NCBI GenBank assembly: GCA_002104905.1
Contig: MCFE01000099.1
Location: 1-64,000, forward strand
DNA: 64,000 nucleotides
DNA from: Basidiobolus meristosporus CBS 931.73
Lineage: Eukaryota > Fungi > Basidiobolomycota
Reading direction: 5' to 3'
Shown here: piece by piece, positions 26,433 to 39,036 of the stretch
Position numbering within the stretch: the first letter of the stretch is position 1
How the letters are laid out: the number at the start of each line of letters is the position of its first letter
Made by a program: the position numbers and the translations under genes
Notes under the pieces: generated by a model
Database searches by the model: none
What the model was told of the DNA's origin: nothing
Seen by the model: only the letters and a program-made list of their open reading frames with translations

Positions 26433-26444
26433 CCCTAACCCTAA
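26433..26444 (+). promoter_or_regulatory. Interstitial telomeric dimer CCCTAACCCTAA (telobox / possible Tbf1-like site) ~70 nt upstream of the WD40 ATG
   Basis: Two exact CCCTAA units at 26433-26444 in the promoter-proximal region. Confidence 0.3.
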
Positions 26445-26513
26445 TATCTAGCACCACACAATGCATACAGTGCTCACTTAAACCACAATATCTACCTCCC
26501 TATACCTCTCGGT

Positions 26514-28930
26514 ATGCGTCGCTATTCCAAAGATAAAGTGTACCTTATACCGCCTCAGCAAACAAGGAAATCACAAACCGACAACGCAGCAACGCAAAGA
26601 TTGACTACTTTTGGTCGTTCTCCAATTCCGAACAAACCTCAGATCAATGCTGAGGTAGTAGTGCCGGTGTACAAAATCAAACGCAAGGGGACAGTTATAG
26701 TCTCAGACAGCGAGGACGAATTACCACCACAGTCAAAACTTGTAACGCCTAGGAAATCGAGGAAGTCGTCGAGTTTAGGCGACGATAGCCAGGATTCTCA
26801 GGAGCAGTCGGCAGAAAACCACTCGGCTATTGAAAAGGATGACGAAGCCGAAGAATTTGACCCAGAAAAAGCGGAGGCCGACTTGAGGCAAATGGTTTCA
26901 GAGGTACAGTCTATTCAAGGCAGCTTCGTTTTTGGCCGCTAGATATATTTACTCTGAACTGCTTTTCAGATCAAAAGCGAGATAAAACGACTAGATCGGA
27001 TGACCCAAAACCTCGAAAGTAAGGTGAATGTGATTTGCTATTACTTAAAGAAAAGGACAACTTCTTCAGCTGCAGCGGCTAGCTTAAACGCGCCTACCAG
27101 CCAAGAGGGATATCCTTCCACAGTCCGCCCATCATTGAAAAATGATGATAGTCTCGATAGCACGCTCACCTCTCAGAGCGACATTTCAAATAATTCAAGT
27201 AAACTCGGGGCAGTCCCTGGTTATTCGCAAAAAGTGTTACAATCTGGCACAGCTCCCTCTTTGCCAATCAACAGACAACATTCCGAGCCAAATGAAAGGT
27301 TTTCTACGAGGTTGAGACATTGGGAATGAATGTTTCCATTAATCCGATGTTTTTGAGTTTGGCTCAATTTATCCAGGTAAATGATATGCACCTTTTATCC
27401 AACTCGTTCCAAGCACGAATGACAATTGCAGCATACGGAAAAGCAATGGATTACAAACATAGAGAAGTCAACTGCGTAGCTGCCTGGTTGGTTCTTTTTT
27501 GGAGTCCGTTTCTTGCATAATTATTAATTCAGACTTAGCTCCGAAGATGGGTATATATATTATGTCATATATTACTACATATTCACCGGAATCATAATAT
27601 TGGATGATTGCATGGAACAGTGAAGTAAAGCTATGGAACACATCTACTCGAGAGTAAGCCGATTGTTGATGAAACCGTCTTTGCTCCTAATGCTTACCCG
27701 CTTTCAATTTCAATAGGATGGTCACTCATATCCCTAAGCATGTATTGCGAGAGAACCCTCAGGAGCTATGCTTAGTTAGCCCATCAATTCTTGCTGTTGG
27801 ATACGACGACAGCATCATCGGCCATTCATATCTATCTTTGATCCACTTTCTGTCAGTTGAACAGAAAAAAGTACATTGAATTTCTTGTGGATTGGATTGA
27901 TTGCAGCGCTTAACCGTCGTGCTAGATATTGATTAGAGTTCAGCATTTTGATGCAGAAGATCATCTCGAACGAATATCAGCCATGGCTTCCATCTCTAGG
28001 AGCCAGTTAGAGTACGCTTTCGGATCTGGAGGAGGAGACGGAGTTGTAGTAAGTGCTGCCGATGGTCAGAGTGGAATATGACAAGTCTAAGCTCATATTT
28101 CTACAGAGACTATGGAGGTTCGAGTGTCCTCAAGATTACGCCGAAGATTCAAAGCTGCGCTCCTTGACCCTTGCTCACGCCGAGCATAAGGACTCAGTCA
28201 ATAGTGTCTATTACAACCCGGATCGAGGGATTCTTTTGTCAGGTGCAGATGACGGAAAGCTGATCGCCTATTCGATGAACAGTGCCTCCGTTGTTGACGA
28301 GTTTCAATACGCCGATAAAGTGAGGATTCTTTGTTACTTGGTATTATCCGCTGCATACTGATCGTAGTGAGGGGTAGGTCATCAATGTCACAGGCAATCC
28401 TCGAAATGGCAACTTGTTACTCGCCAGGTAACTGTGTATACGCAGTAGGGATTGCTGTTCCTTACTTATGGTTTACGCTTCTTAGCCTCGAAGCCAAATC
28501 CGACCAACTGCATATATGCGACTACCGCACCAAACAGCCATCAGCCCAAAAGTTCGGATTCCAACAGCCCCAGTTGTTGACAAGAAATGCGAAGCCCTCT
28601 TTTGATTCGACGGGGAACATGGTGATCTGTGGTGATAATAACGGAAAGATGCATATATGGCACGTTGCTAGCTGCCAACCGTCTTCCTATTCATCGATGA
28701 TTAATTTTCCATTTGTTATTAGGGATTTGAGACATCTAAGCAAAGGCTCACAAGTCATCCCAGTCCATGGTATTTATACGCTCGGTTTTTATTGAAGTAT
28801 TCCCAATTCATGGTTTTCTTTAGATTCCGCCATTTTCTCGACCCTATTTCACCCTGAGCAAGACATCATATACTCTGCCTGCGTTAAAGGCTCTATGGGA
28901 TTTACTAGTTATTGCAATAATGAGTGTTAA
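26514..28930 (+). CDS. WD40-repeat protein with low-complexity acidic/Ser-rich N-terminus, multi-exon
   Basis: WD-type segments HKDSVNSVYYNPDRGILLSGADDGKLIAY, FDSTGNMVICGDNNGKMHIW, DSAIFSTLFHPEQDIIYSAC; many short GT-AG introns; last exon ends YCNNEC* at 28930. Not all exon boundaries resolved. Confidence 0.75.
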
Positions 28931-29867
28931 AACCAAATGGATTAATAACTTATCACCAAAATCGTCGGTTTCGAAACATGGCTAATAAAACATCCGCCAT
29001 AGAATATCGGAATTTAGCTGCCTAGCAGGAGTTGGGTATCTTCTATGCTGAGGCGCGCCTTTCCAATAGCCTTTGTATACGTAGTTACCGGCTCTTAGTA
29101 TACATATAGAATGCTTGCATAGGAGGATCGGATCGAGCTCTAAACAAGCTGTTCCATCACACCTGGAGTCTGTGGTAGAGTGTATCAAGTCGACCAGTTA
29201 ATTGCTATGTTACACTCCTAAACCACCAGTAGATTCATTGATGGTTCGTCAGTTACTAGCAGTTATCTGATAGTAAGAGAGAATACTCACTGACCCACCA
29301 GCTCACACGCTTCAGACATCTGGATTGCCTTGTATCCGATTAACTACGCATGGCCAGAAAACGCATCAATGACTCTTATTCCTTGAGGATCGATTGTCGC
29401 AGAATGTGACGCACTGCAGTGATCGGAAATAAATTGGCCTGTCCACGAAACGAAACAAGTTCAGTCATTTCGATAGGCAGTAGGTCTTGACCGGGACTCT
29501 ATACTGCTTCGAAGAAGAGCGTTAGAAATTTCGTAACATGTTTAGATATGAGATGTTGGAAATGCCAGATCCCGACAAAATAGAAACAAAATGAAACCGT
29601 TACAACTCTCCACAAAAACCGTGTGGCCAGCCTCTGCTATAAATACCAGCCATGAGCTCTCTTCGTCCACTGGGATCCTAGATCTTAGTGGAAGGATTCT
29701 TGATCATTCAAAGGCTGAAGCAACTCTGACCAGGCTGCTTTGACATTTTGATATTAAGAGCCCTAGTTGATCAGCAGAGGCAAACACTCTAGGAATCCTA
29801 CACCCATACTGATCATTACCAGTCGGCTCCTAGATAGGTTTGGTTTGTCAAGCCCTTCATTCTTGTC

Positions 29868-30920
29868 ATGGGACTATATTCCGAAAATGTTATTTGCGCA
29901 AGCAATCGCAAGCTCTACGGAGGTATATCGGAAAAGACGGGGATTGCCGGCGGCGGTTGGGAAAACCATTCCGAGTATCAACCAGTTGAAGATGTGATCA
30001 CTCCCGACTCCATGAGCACCTCCTCATTCTCGGCTCATGAACTGGACCATCAAACTCTAACATCGGAGTTGACATATGAGTATCAAGTCCCATCCTTGAA
30101 CAGCAGCCCTTACAATCCACTCTCCGGCGATTTTGAGCAATTCATGCAAGAATTGAATGGAAATGGGCTAGGCCTCAGCTCACCCAACTACATAGATTCC
30201 CTCCTCTACTCATCAAGTAACGGGAGTACCTCATTTCCATCCCATTACACCCCGACTGGCTTTCAACCATCACTTCCCACAGATCCAGAAAACGCTCCCC
30301 ACATGCACCAGGTTGGTCAACACAGTTTCTCCGAAGTCTTTGACCATTTCACCGAGTTCGTCAAGACTGCGGAGGACTCTTACTCCTATCCAGTTGTTAC
30401 CTCCAACGGCTTTCATAATGGCGGGTATGCCTGCCAGAATATCGATCTCGACTCTCTATCTCAGAAAATCAGTGGTTGCAGGAAAGTCAGCAAGAGGCCT
30501 TCATACCAATGCACTTACGAAGGGTGTGAGAAAACCTTCACCCGACCGTACAACCTCAAATCCCACCTGCGTATCCACACAAACGAGAAGCCCTTTCTAT
30601 GCCAGACCTGCGGGCAATCATTCAGCCGGCTGCATGATATGAAACGCCATGCTCGCCTTCATCTTGGAATCAAACCTTACCTCTGCCATATATGTAACCG
30701 TTCGTTTGCCAGACTTGGTTAGTGTGATGTGTTTCGTTTACGTTTCATTTGCTGCCGCTTACTGATAGATTTCATCCATCTGGGATTCATGTCGATCCGG
30801 ATATTAACCACGTTAGACGCACTCAAACGCCATCTAAGTGCAAACTCAAGGAACGGCGTTTGCGGGAAAGAAGGTGTTAAAAGAACGAAAACCACCCGGC
30901 TGTTACGCTACAGTGAGTAA
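29868..30920 (+). CDS. C2H2 zinc-finger transcription factor (three fingers, Crz1-like finger region); intron 30717-30816
   Basis: CTYEGCEKTFTRPYNLKSHLRIHTNEKPFLCQTCGQSFSRLHDMKRHARLHLGIKPYLCHICNRSFARL|DALKRH; Ser-rich N-terminus. Confidence 0.88.
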
Positions 30921-31202
30921 GCGGCGGTGGTTCTCTAGTCGATTGGTTCATTGGTTCATTTATTTATTCAACTACTCCTACCGTGATAACATAGAGAACA
31001 TGCCAGTTAATAAAGTACGCGTCATTCGCCTGGGATTGTGTTTCTACGGGATTTCAGGCCCCCATTTGAAGAGACTTGGCGCCGGTAGGAGTGGCGAGCA
31101 CTCGAGTGCCAATTGCTCAGGTGGAGACGTGCGAGCAGGGGTAGCGTGCGTTTATTTGATAATAATACACTGGATGGGAATGAGCTTTACACAGAGTTCA
31201 TT

Positions 31203-33401
31203 TCAGAGAAGATAGTTTCCGGCCTGAAAAGTGCGGAATTCGTACGAGACAGCCTGGATTTGTTTGCCACCAAACCATCGACCATTCAAGCCGAGCTTAG
31301 CTTGACCAGCAGCTAGGCAGGGGTTAAAGAGATGGGATTAGTTCCAGGGAGAGAGGAATTCATGTTTGGCAGTTCTCACCAGCACCGTCGGAGAACTGGA
31401 CGAAAATTCGGACATCCGAAGTGGGTGCTTCATCTTCGGGTTGCACCAGTACTTTCACGACTGAACCAAATTTACTACATTCTTCTGAAAACTCGGTCTT
31501 TAGTTCATCATCTACCTCGGACACGGTGACCGCGTTCTTAATCATGATCACGGGCGAGAGCTAGTGCATACAAGATACGTTGAATGCCCGACATCATCAA
31601 TATTTCCTTAAACGGTAGATTACCTCGTCGCTGCGAGCCAACTTGCGCATGATAGCGTATCTCTGGCTTCCTGAGATGCTGACATGTTCCTCATGTACCA
31701 CCGAATCCAACATCGTTTGCCGCCCACGTGTAACGATCTTCGCAGCAATCTTCGCAGCCATGCTATTCGACATTTGCCCGGCTACGAATGGAGCATGTCA
31801 GCATACGGTGGCATACAGCCGAGAGGCCCTTCTATAGGAAGGTGGAATACCTATACTATTGTTTATGTTTTTGGCTGCGTGGAGTACTTGTTCCGGCACC
31901 TGAGTCGCAAGCACGGACTTGGTGATCTTTTTGATCTCCTCCATACCTTCTCCAAGAGGTCCGCCGACAATGGCTTTACATACATGTAAAGAGAGGCCTC
32001 CAAGCTCAAACCCATTCATAGCGACTACTGCATTGTCGGCAACGATCTCATCTTGAAATTCGACAAATCTGCGTTTAGAAAAGAGCCGAATTAGAGGTGT
32101 GGAATTCTCAAGCAAGCCTTGGCGACTAATCAGGGGATAGCCTACATTGGGTTGGTAAAAGCGAAAGGAACTAAACTAATTAAGAGTATCAAACGAATCG
32201 TCTACTAACCCATAGCCTTTGTGTTTCTTTGAAACCAGATCCGGCTAAGACAGAAAGCCTCGTTAGAAATGGTATGGCGTGGTTGAATGGGCGTTGCGCA
32301 ATACAAACTATCAGTATGCATTTCTCAAGGGCTCCAAATGCCTCAAATAGGCTAGCCAGGTTCTCCTCGCTGATGAACTCGCTTATGTTTGCAACGTATA
32401 TTCGGGTGGCCGGTTTGTTGGGAAGGCCTTTTGAGACGAGAGGTGATGAGGAGTTACAAAAGCATGGAATGGTCAACCATCAGTTGATATAAAACGTACC
32501 ATCTACAAGCGTTGGTGAATAATTGTTGGGTCTACCGACTTTAAGTTGCCTAACAATCTACAAGTTCAAATACGTGCAAGGAACATCTAATCTTAACAGG
32601 GCGTTACCTTCCACCTAATTCTGCCCCGTTCATAGTTTCCAACGCGAGCTCAGCTGCCTCGGGCGTTTCAAATTCGATGAAACAGAAGCCTTTGTGCTTT
32701 CCGGTGATTGGATTTAAAGACATGCTGATATTTTTGACATAGCCGAACTGGCTGAAGACTGCTCTAATATGCTCTTGACTAAGTTCGAAGTATATGGAGC
32801 CTACATAGATTCGAGAGAGCGCCGATACAGTCTTCATGTCCGAGCTAGGATTTGCCCGAGTGTTGTTTGTCTCTGAAGTCCGTAGATCTGTCACTGACGT
32901 AGAGTTCTGTGAGGTCTTCTTGAGCTAAAAGTAGTATTTCTTAAGGAAGCCAAAAAAGAAAGGAGATCCAAGTAAAATAATCCTTACTGTGAGCTGAATT
33001 TCTTTTATATATGCCCGCGCTTGGTCCGATGCTTTTCTTTGCTCTTCGGTAAGTGCTGGGCGGGTTTCGCTGGACGTCGCCCGGTGTTGGATTGTGCTGG
33101 AGTCAGAGATAAGCGTATCTACATAAATTAAACTACCCATGTAACAGAGGTCAAACAAACATACGTGTAGAAAACAGAAAGGGGATTGCGTGCAATTATA
33201 AACTATGTGAAGTCAAGCAATATGGTGCTTTGTAGAGTCCAAGTAGTCAAGAAAGTAAGCGCTGAGGGAAACCATATGCAAAAAGGGCATACCTTTCTTG
33301 GTTTTTACAGACTTGTATTTTCCCAATGAATCACGTCTCGTAGAAGCTCGCTTTCTACTATGAACATTCTCTAAGGTATCTACCTGTCGCTCTTCCGTCA
33401 T
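31203..33401 (-). CDS. PUF60: Poly(U)-binding splicing factor PUF60/Half-pint (RRM1, RRM2, UHM), multi-exon
   Basis: RRM1 RIYVGSIYFELSQEHIRAVFSQFG...HKGFCFIEF...MNGAELGGR; RRM2 RIYVANISEFISEENLASLFEAFG...MNGFELGGLSLHVCKAI; UHM IKNAVTVSEVDDELKTEFSEECSKFG...VRIFVQF...LNGRWFGGKQI. Confidence 0.88.
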
Positions 33402-33926
33402 GAGGTGAGAAGCCTCTTCCCAAGTTCACCGTGCTTATATCACTGAAAAATAGCATATTCCCTTCCTGATTAATTCATATATAGGGAATCGATTTAATTA
33501 CTGTTGATAGATAATGCATTATATTTTCTGGCATATGGAACTGTTTCTGTATCTTGAGGCCCAATCTGCGATAATGCAACTCACTCCTGAGATGAAAGCA
33601 GCCTATCCAGAAATCGATTTTTCTGTATCCTCACAGCACTGTACCAAAGATACCAGACAATGGGATGACTAACTCTTCAATATAAACCACCAATACATGT
33701 CCATAGAGCTAGCGCCAAGTAACGTAGAACGTTGTAGATACAGCCATCACAATTGACTCGATTGAATTTGGAATCGATTTTGGGTAGTGTTTATAAATTG
33801 CATTTATATTCAGTACAGTACATTTATGGCGCGAACATCGCCGTTGTGCTTGTCCAAAGCGACGCTTAAATATGCACACATAATACTAGCGTGGCGACTG
33901 ACGTGTGGCGTTCACATCGAGACGAT

Positions 33927-35461
33927 TCACTCCATCACCTCAAACACTGCACCGGGGATGGCTCGGAGGCGATCCAAGTACACTTGTCCAAGACCACTTG
34001 CAGGAGTGAGCACACCACCTTGCGACCTGCACTCACTACGGCTCAAGGCCATGGTGATTGCAGCCTCGGCGACGTATTTACATGTCTCAGAGTAGCCGGG
34101 GTCGCCACTGCCATGGATCTTTCCACGGACTTTGATCTTCTCGTCCGAATCTACCTCCGCAACCAGTTCAGATGTGAAGAATCCCTTCTTGATTTGCTCC
34201 TCGGATGGCCCTTCACCTTGTGCAGGGACTACCTTCTTCAGTAGCCAGCGCGTGGGCGCAAGAGCGATGCAGATGCTAAGAAGCATAAACCCATAGGTAA
34301 CCAAATACCCAATCACGGCGGAGAAGGTTTGTGTTTCGCGGTAGGTGAAATTCTTACCATACGAATTGCCAGTGATCCCGTTACTACGACGAACCACCTT
34401 CTCATTGACCTGGCTCATGAAAAACAGCCCTTGCCAGCTGCCAAAGTCTTTGTCGTAGTACACCTTGGGGAAGCGGAACTTTTCAGGGCCACGGATTTCC
34501 ACTGGGTTCAACATGTATGGATCACTGAGCTCTTTTAGGCTGACTTTCTCTTCCATCATGTTGATCCCAGAATGAATAGTCCCGCCACTTAGTCCCATCT
34601 TCATCTTGGAAATGGTCATTTTGACAGATTTGGTAGGTTTGTTGTACTTGTCCTTGATGTAGCTGGTCATCATGAAGGCGCCCATATCTGACGGGACCGA
34701 GTCGAAACCACAGAAGTTGACAATCAACGCGTTATTCGCGACCGCTTGATCGTGGAACTTCTCAATCATCTTCTTCACCCACAATGTCTCGCCGGTGATG
34801 TCGCAGTAGTCGGTACTGCTCCGAACACAAGCCTCCACTGTAGCGTTCCATTAGCTCGTGAGATAGCAAAACATCATTAAAATACCAACATACCAAGAAG
34901 GGAGCCATGCTTGGCAAAAGGACCTTGTGTGCAATTATTGTTAGTAAGCTTCCGACAGGATACATGGTTTGGTTTCAAGCGCTTCCATACCAACAGTGGA
35001 AATGACTACTTTCGCTTGGCCGGCAAGCTGCTCAAGCGACTCTAGGGAAGAGGAGTCGGCGGTGACAACCCCGAGGGTGTCCTAAAAGCGGGTCAGTCGG
35101 CCCCGTATGCTTGAGTATGCTATTGTGTATTGAGAACCTACCTCCCAAGAAGAGTCCATCTGCAGAACTTCACTTCTGATCTGATCAAGTTTGTTCTCAC
35201 TTCTGCCACCCAAGGCCCATTTCAACGACTGGTGAGAAGGTTAGGGAGGTTACCCTGCGAGTTTTCGGGTGGTGACGAAACAACTTACTTTTGGGGCGTT
35301 GCTGGCTAGGTAGTGAGCAGTTCGTGACCCGGTAAACCCGGTGGCACCCCACACTTTGAAACTACCGTGAGTCCCTCGACTTCAAATAGAAAGAAGAATT
35401 TTCAAAATGGCTTACGTATAATGTCGTATTTGCGAGCGGAGCGGTCTGATTGTTGTGCCAT
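33927..35461 (-). CDS. Saccharopine dehydrogenase-like oxidoreductase (SCCPDH / trans-acting enoyl reductase-like), copy 1, 6 exons
   Basis: Spliced MAQQSDRSARKYDIILWGATGFTG...WALGGRSENKL...KVVISTVGPFAKHG...ACVRSSTDYCDITGE...NFCGFDSVPSDMG...GDPGYSETCKYVAEAA...GGVLTPASGLG. Confidence 0.92.
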
Positions 35462-35500
35462 CTTAACTTTTATGTCAACACTCGAGTACGAAGACCTTGT

Positions 35501-36226
35501 TTATATAGAAAAAACCCCGACTGATGATGTCAACCTTATATCGTTTTTATCTTCGAGCATTGGACACCTAGTTGAACATAAAAACCCTGAATAAATCGGC
35601 TTTAGGGGTATTACGGAATCTCGGTCCGATATCTTACAGGCCCGCGAGCACAGACATTCATTCCCATCGAATGATTTGTCTACAATCTGAATAAATGCTT
35701 CATAACATTTATCGAGTTTGAAGAACTCGATCCTATTCCAAATCCACAATTATGGTGCATTGAGTTCAGCAACAGTACGAGAGATTTCCGATTTGAATAT
35801 CCGCAGCAGTCTCTATTAGTCGTTATCAACCCTTTTTTAGGCTAGTCGCTCCATCTGCTTTCTTCAGATCGAGTGGCCTAATAATCTCAGCAATAGAGGC
35901 TCTCCGCGGAATTCCTCGCTGTTTAAGCCATCATCTTTGAATCGCTGCGAAGCCTATAGATGCTGTTGAGTGTATTTGGTGTACATAATATCTTCCACCA
36001 ATCTGTTGATGATTGATGAAGCCAAAATCGAATGAGGCTGGATGATGTAAGCATTGGTAATCCAATGTCCTGGATTCACTGTGGAACCTATGGAAGTTGC
36101 TGAATATACTTGGCGCTTCATAACATCTTTCACTGCTCTGCTGATGAATGATGGTGCTGTCGACTGAAATTGCATGGTGCAAGTATTCATGAACTGTTGA
36201 GGCTGATTGGTTAAAGGGAATGACAT
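35501..36226 (-). pseudogene. Unidentified ~240-codon pseudo-ORF in spacer 1
   Basis: ORFs 35954-36226 and 35501-35749 lie in one frame interrupted by six stops; two of these are sense codons (CAG, CGA-type) in the second copy. Confidence 0.5.
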
Positions 36227-36495
36227 GTCTCGCTTTTCAATGGTTCTTATAGTGCGGGCGATAAACCATAATGGCGATAGTATACTTCATACACATTGCC
36301 CGATAGATATAGGCACCGTATTTAACTCGATAGAATTTGGAGTCGATTTTTGGTAGTGTTTATAAATTGCGTTTATATTCAGTACAGTACATTTATGGCG
36401 CGAACATCGCCGTTGTGCTTGTCCAAAGCGACGCTTAAATATGCACACATAATACTAGCGTGGTGGCTGACGTGTGGCGTTCACATCGAGACGAT

Positions 36496-38030
36496 TCACT
36501 CCATCACCTCAAACACTGCACCAGGGATGGCTCGGAGGCGATCCAAGTACACTTGTCCAAGACCACTTGCAGGAGTGAGCACACCACCCTGCGACCTGCA
36601 CTCACTACGGCTCAAGGCCATGGTGATTGCGGCCTCGGCGACGTATTTACATGTCTCAGAGTAGCCGGGGTCGCCACTGCCATGGATCTTTCCACGGACT
36701 TTGATCTTCTCGTCCGAATCTACCTCCGCAACCAGTTCAGATGTGAAGAATCCCTTCTTGATTTGCTCCTCGGATGGCCCTTCACCTTGTGCAGGGACTA
36801 CCTTCTTCAGTAGCCAGCGTACAGGGGAGAGGGTGACGCCACGTTCAAAAATTGCATGTCCACAGGTAACCAAATGCCCAACCACGGCGGAGAAGGTTTG
36901 TGTTTCACGGTAGGTGAAATTCTCGCCATACGAATTGCCAGTGATCCCGTTACTACGACGAACCACCTTCTCATTGACCTGGCTCATGAAAAACAGCCCT
37001 TGCCAGCTGCCAAAGTCTTTGTCGTAATACGCCTTTGGTGTGTAGGGTTTTTCAGGGCCCCGGAATTCGACTGGGTTCAACATGTATGGATCATTGAGCT
37101 CTTTCATGTCAGTTGCCTCTTCCACCATGTTGATCCCGGAATGAATAGTCCCGCCACTTAGTCCCATCTTCATCTTGGAAATGGTCATTTTGACAGATTT
37201 GGTAGGTTTGTTGTACTTGTTCTTGATGTAGCTGGTCATCATGAAGGCGCCCATATCTGACGGGACCGAGTCGAAACCACAGAAGTTGACAATCAACGCG
37301 TTATTCGCGACCGCCTGATCGTGGAACTTCTCAATCATCTTCTTCACCCACAATGTCTCACCGGTGATGTCGCAGTAGTCGGTACTGCTCCGAACACAAG
37401 CCTCCACTGTAGCGTTCCATTAGCTCGTGTGATAGCAAATCATCATTATAAGACCAACATACCAAGAAGGGAGCCATGCCTGGCAAAAGGACCTTGTGTG
37501 CAATTATTGTTAGTAAGCTTCCAACAGGATACATGGTTTGGTTTCAAGCGCTTGCATACCAACAGTGGAAATGACTACTTTCGTTTGGCCGGCAAGCTGC
37601 TCAAGCGACTCTAGGGAAGAGGAGTCGGCGGTGACAACCCCGAGGGTGTCCTAAAAGCGGGTCAGTCGGTCCCGTATGCTTGAGTGTGCTATTGTGTATT
37701 TGAGAACTTACCTCCCAAGAAGAGTCCAACTGCAGAACTTCACTTCTGATCTGGCCAAGCTTGTTCTCGCTTCTACCACCCAAGGCCCATTTCAACGACT
37801 GGTGAGAAGGTTAGGGAGGTTACCCTGCGAGTTTTCGGGTGGTGACGAAACAACTTACTTTTGGAGCGTTGCTGGCTAGGTAGTGAGCAGTTCGTGACCC
37901 GGTAAACCCGGTGGCACCCCACACTTTGAAACTACCGTGAGTCCCTCGACTTCAAATAGAAAGATGAATTTTCAAATGGCTTACGTATAACGTCGTATTT
38001 GCGAGCGGAGCGGTCTGATTGTTGTGCCAT
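36496..38030 (-). CDS. Saccharopine dehydrogenase-like oxidoreductase, copy 2 (divergent central blocks)
   Basis: Same exon structure and motifs as copy 1; frame intact. Confidence 0.92.
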
Positions 38031-38079
38031 ATTTATTTTTATGTCAACTCTCTAGTGCGAAGACCTTGTTTATATAGAA

Positions 38080-38767
38080 AAACCCCGATCTTTCTTCGAG
38101 CATTGGACACCTAGTTGAACATAAAACCCTCAATAAATCGGCTGTATGGGTATCACGGAATCTCGGTCCGATATCTTACAGGCCCGCGAGCACAGACATT
38201 CATTCCCATCGAATGATTTGTCTACCAACTTGGTGAAAACTTCACAACATCCATACAGTTTGAAGAGCTCGATCCTATTCCAAATCCACAATTATGGTGC
38301 ACTGAGTTCAGCAACAGTACGAGAGATTTCCGATTTGAATATCCGCAGCAGTCTCTATTAGTCGTTATCAACCCTTTTTTGGCTAGTCGCTCCATCTGCT
38401 TTCTTCTGATCGAGTGGCCTAATAATCTCAGCAATAGAGACTCTCCGCGGAATTCCTCGCTGTTTAAGCCATCATCTTTGAATCGCTGCGAAGCCTGTAG
38501 ATGTTGTTGAGTGTATTTGGTGTACATAACATCTTCCACCAATCTGTTGATGATTGATGGAGCCAAAATCGATTGAGGCTGGATGATGTAAGCATTGGTA
38601 ATCCAATGTCCTGGATTCACTGTGGAACCTATGGAAGTTGCTGAATATACTTGGCGCTTCATAACACCTTCCACTGCTCTGCTGATGAATGATGGTGCTA
38701 AGTTGACTAAAATTGCATGATGCATGTTTATGAACTGTTAAGGCTGATTGGTTAAAGGGAATGACAT
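38080..38767 (-). pseudogene. Second copy of the spacer pseudo-ORF (different lesions: early stop, indels)
   Basis: ORF 38222-38725 matches spacer-1 peptide (SFISRAVxxVMKRQVYSATSIGSTVNPGHWITNAYIIQP...); 1-nt deletion in the A-run near 38380 shifts the frame. Confidence 0.5.
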
Positions 38768-39036
38768 GTCTCGCTTTTCAAGGGTTGTTATAGTGCGGGC
38801 GATAAACCATAATGGCGATAGAATACTTCATACACATTGCCCGATAGATATCGGCACCGTATTTAACTCGATAGAATTTGGAGTCGATTTTTGGTAGTGT
38901 TTATAAATTGCATTTATATTCAGTACAGTACATTTATGGCGCGAACATCGCCGTTGTGCTTGTCCAAAGCGACGCTTAAATATGCACACATAATACTAGC
39001 GTGGTGGCTGACGTGTGGCGTTCACATCGAGACGAT

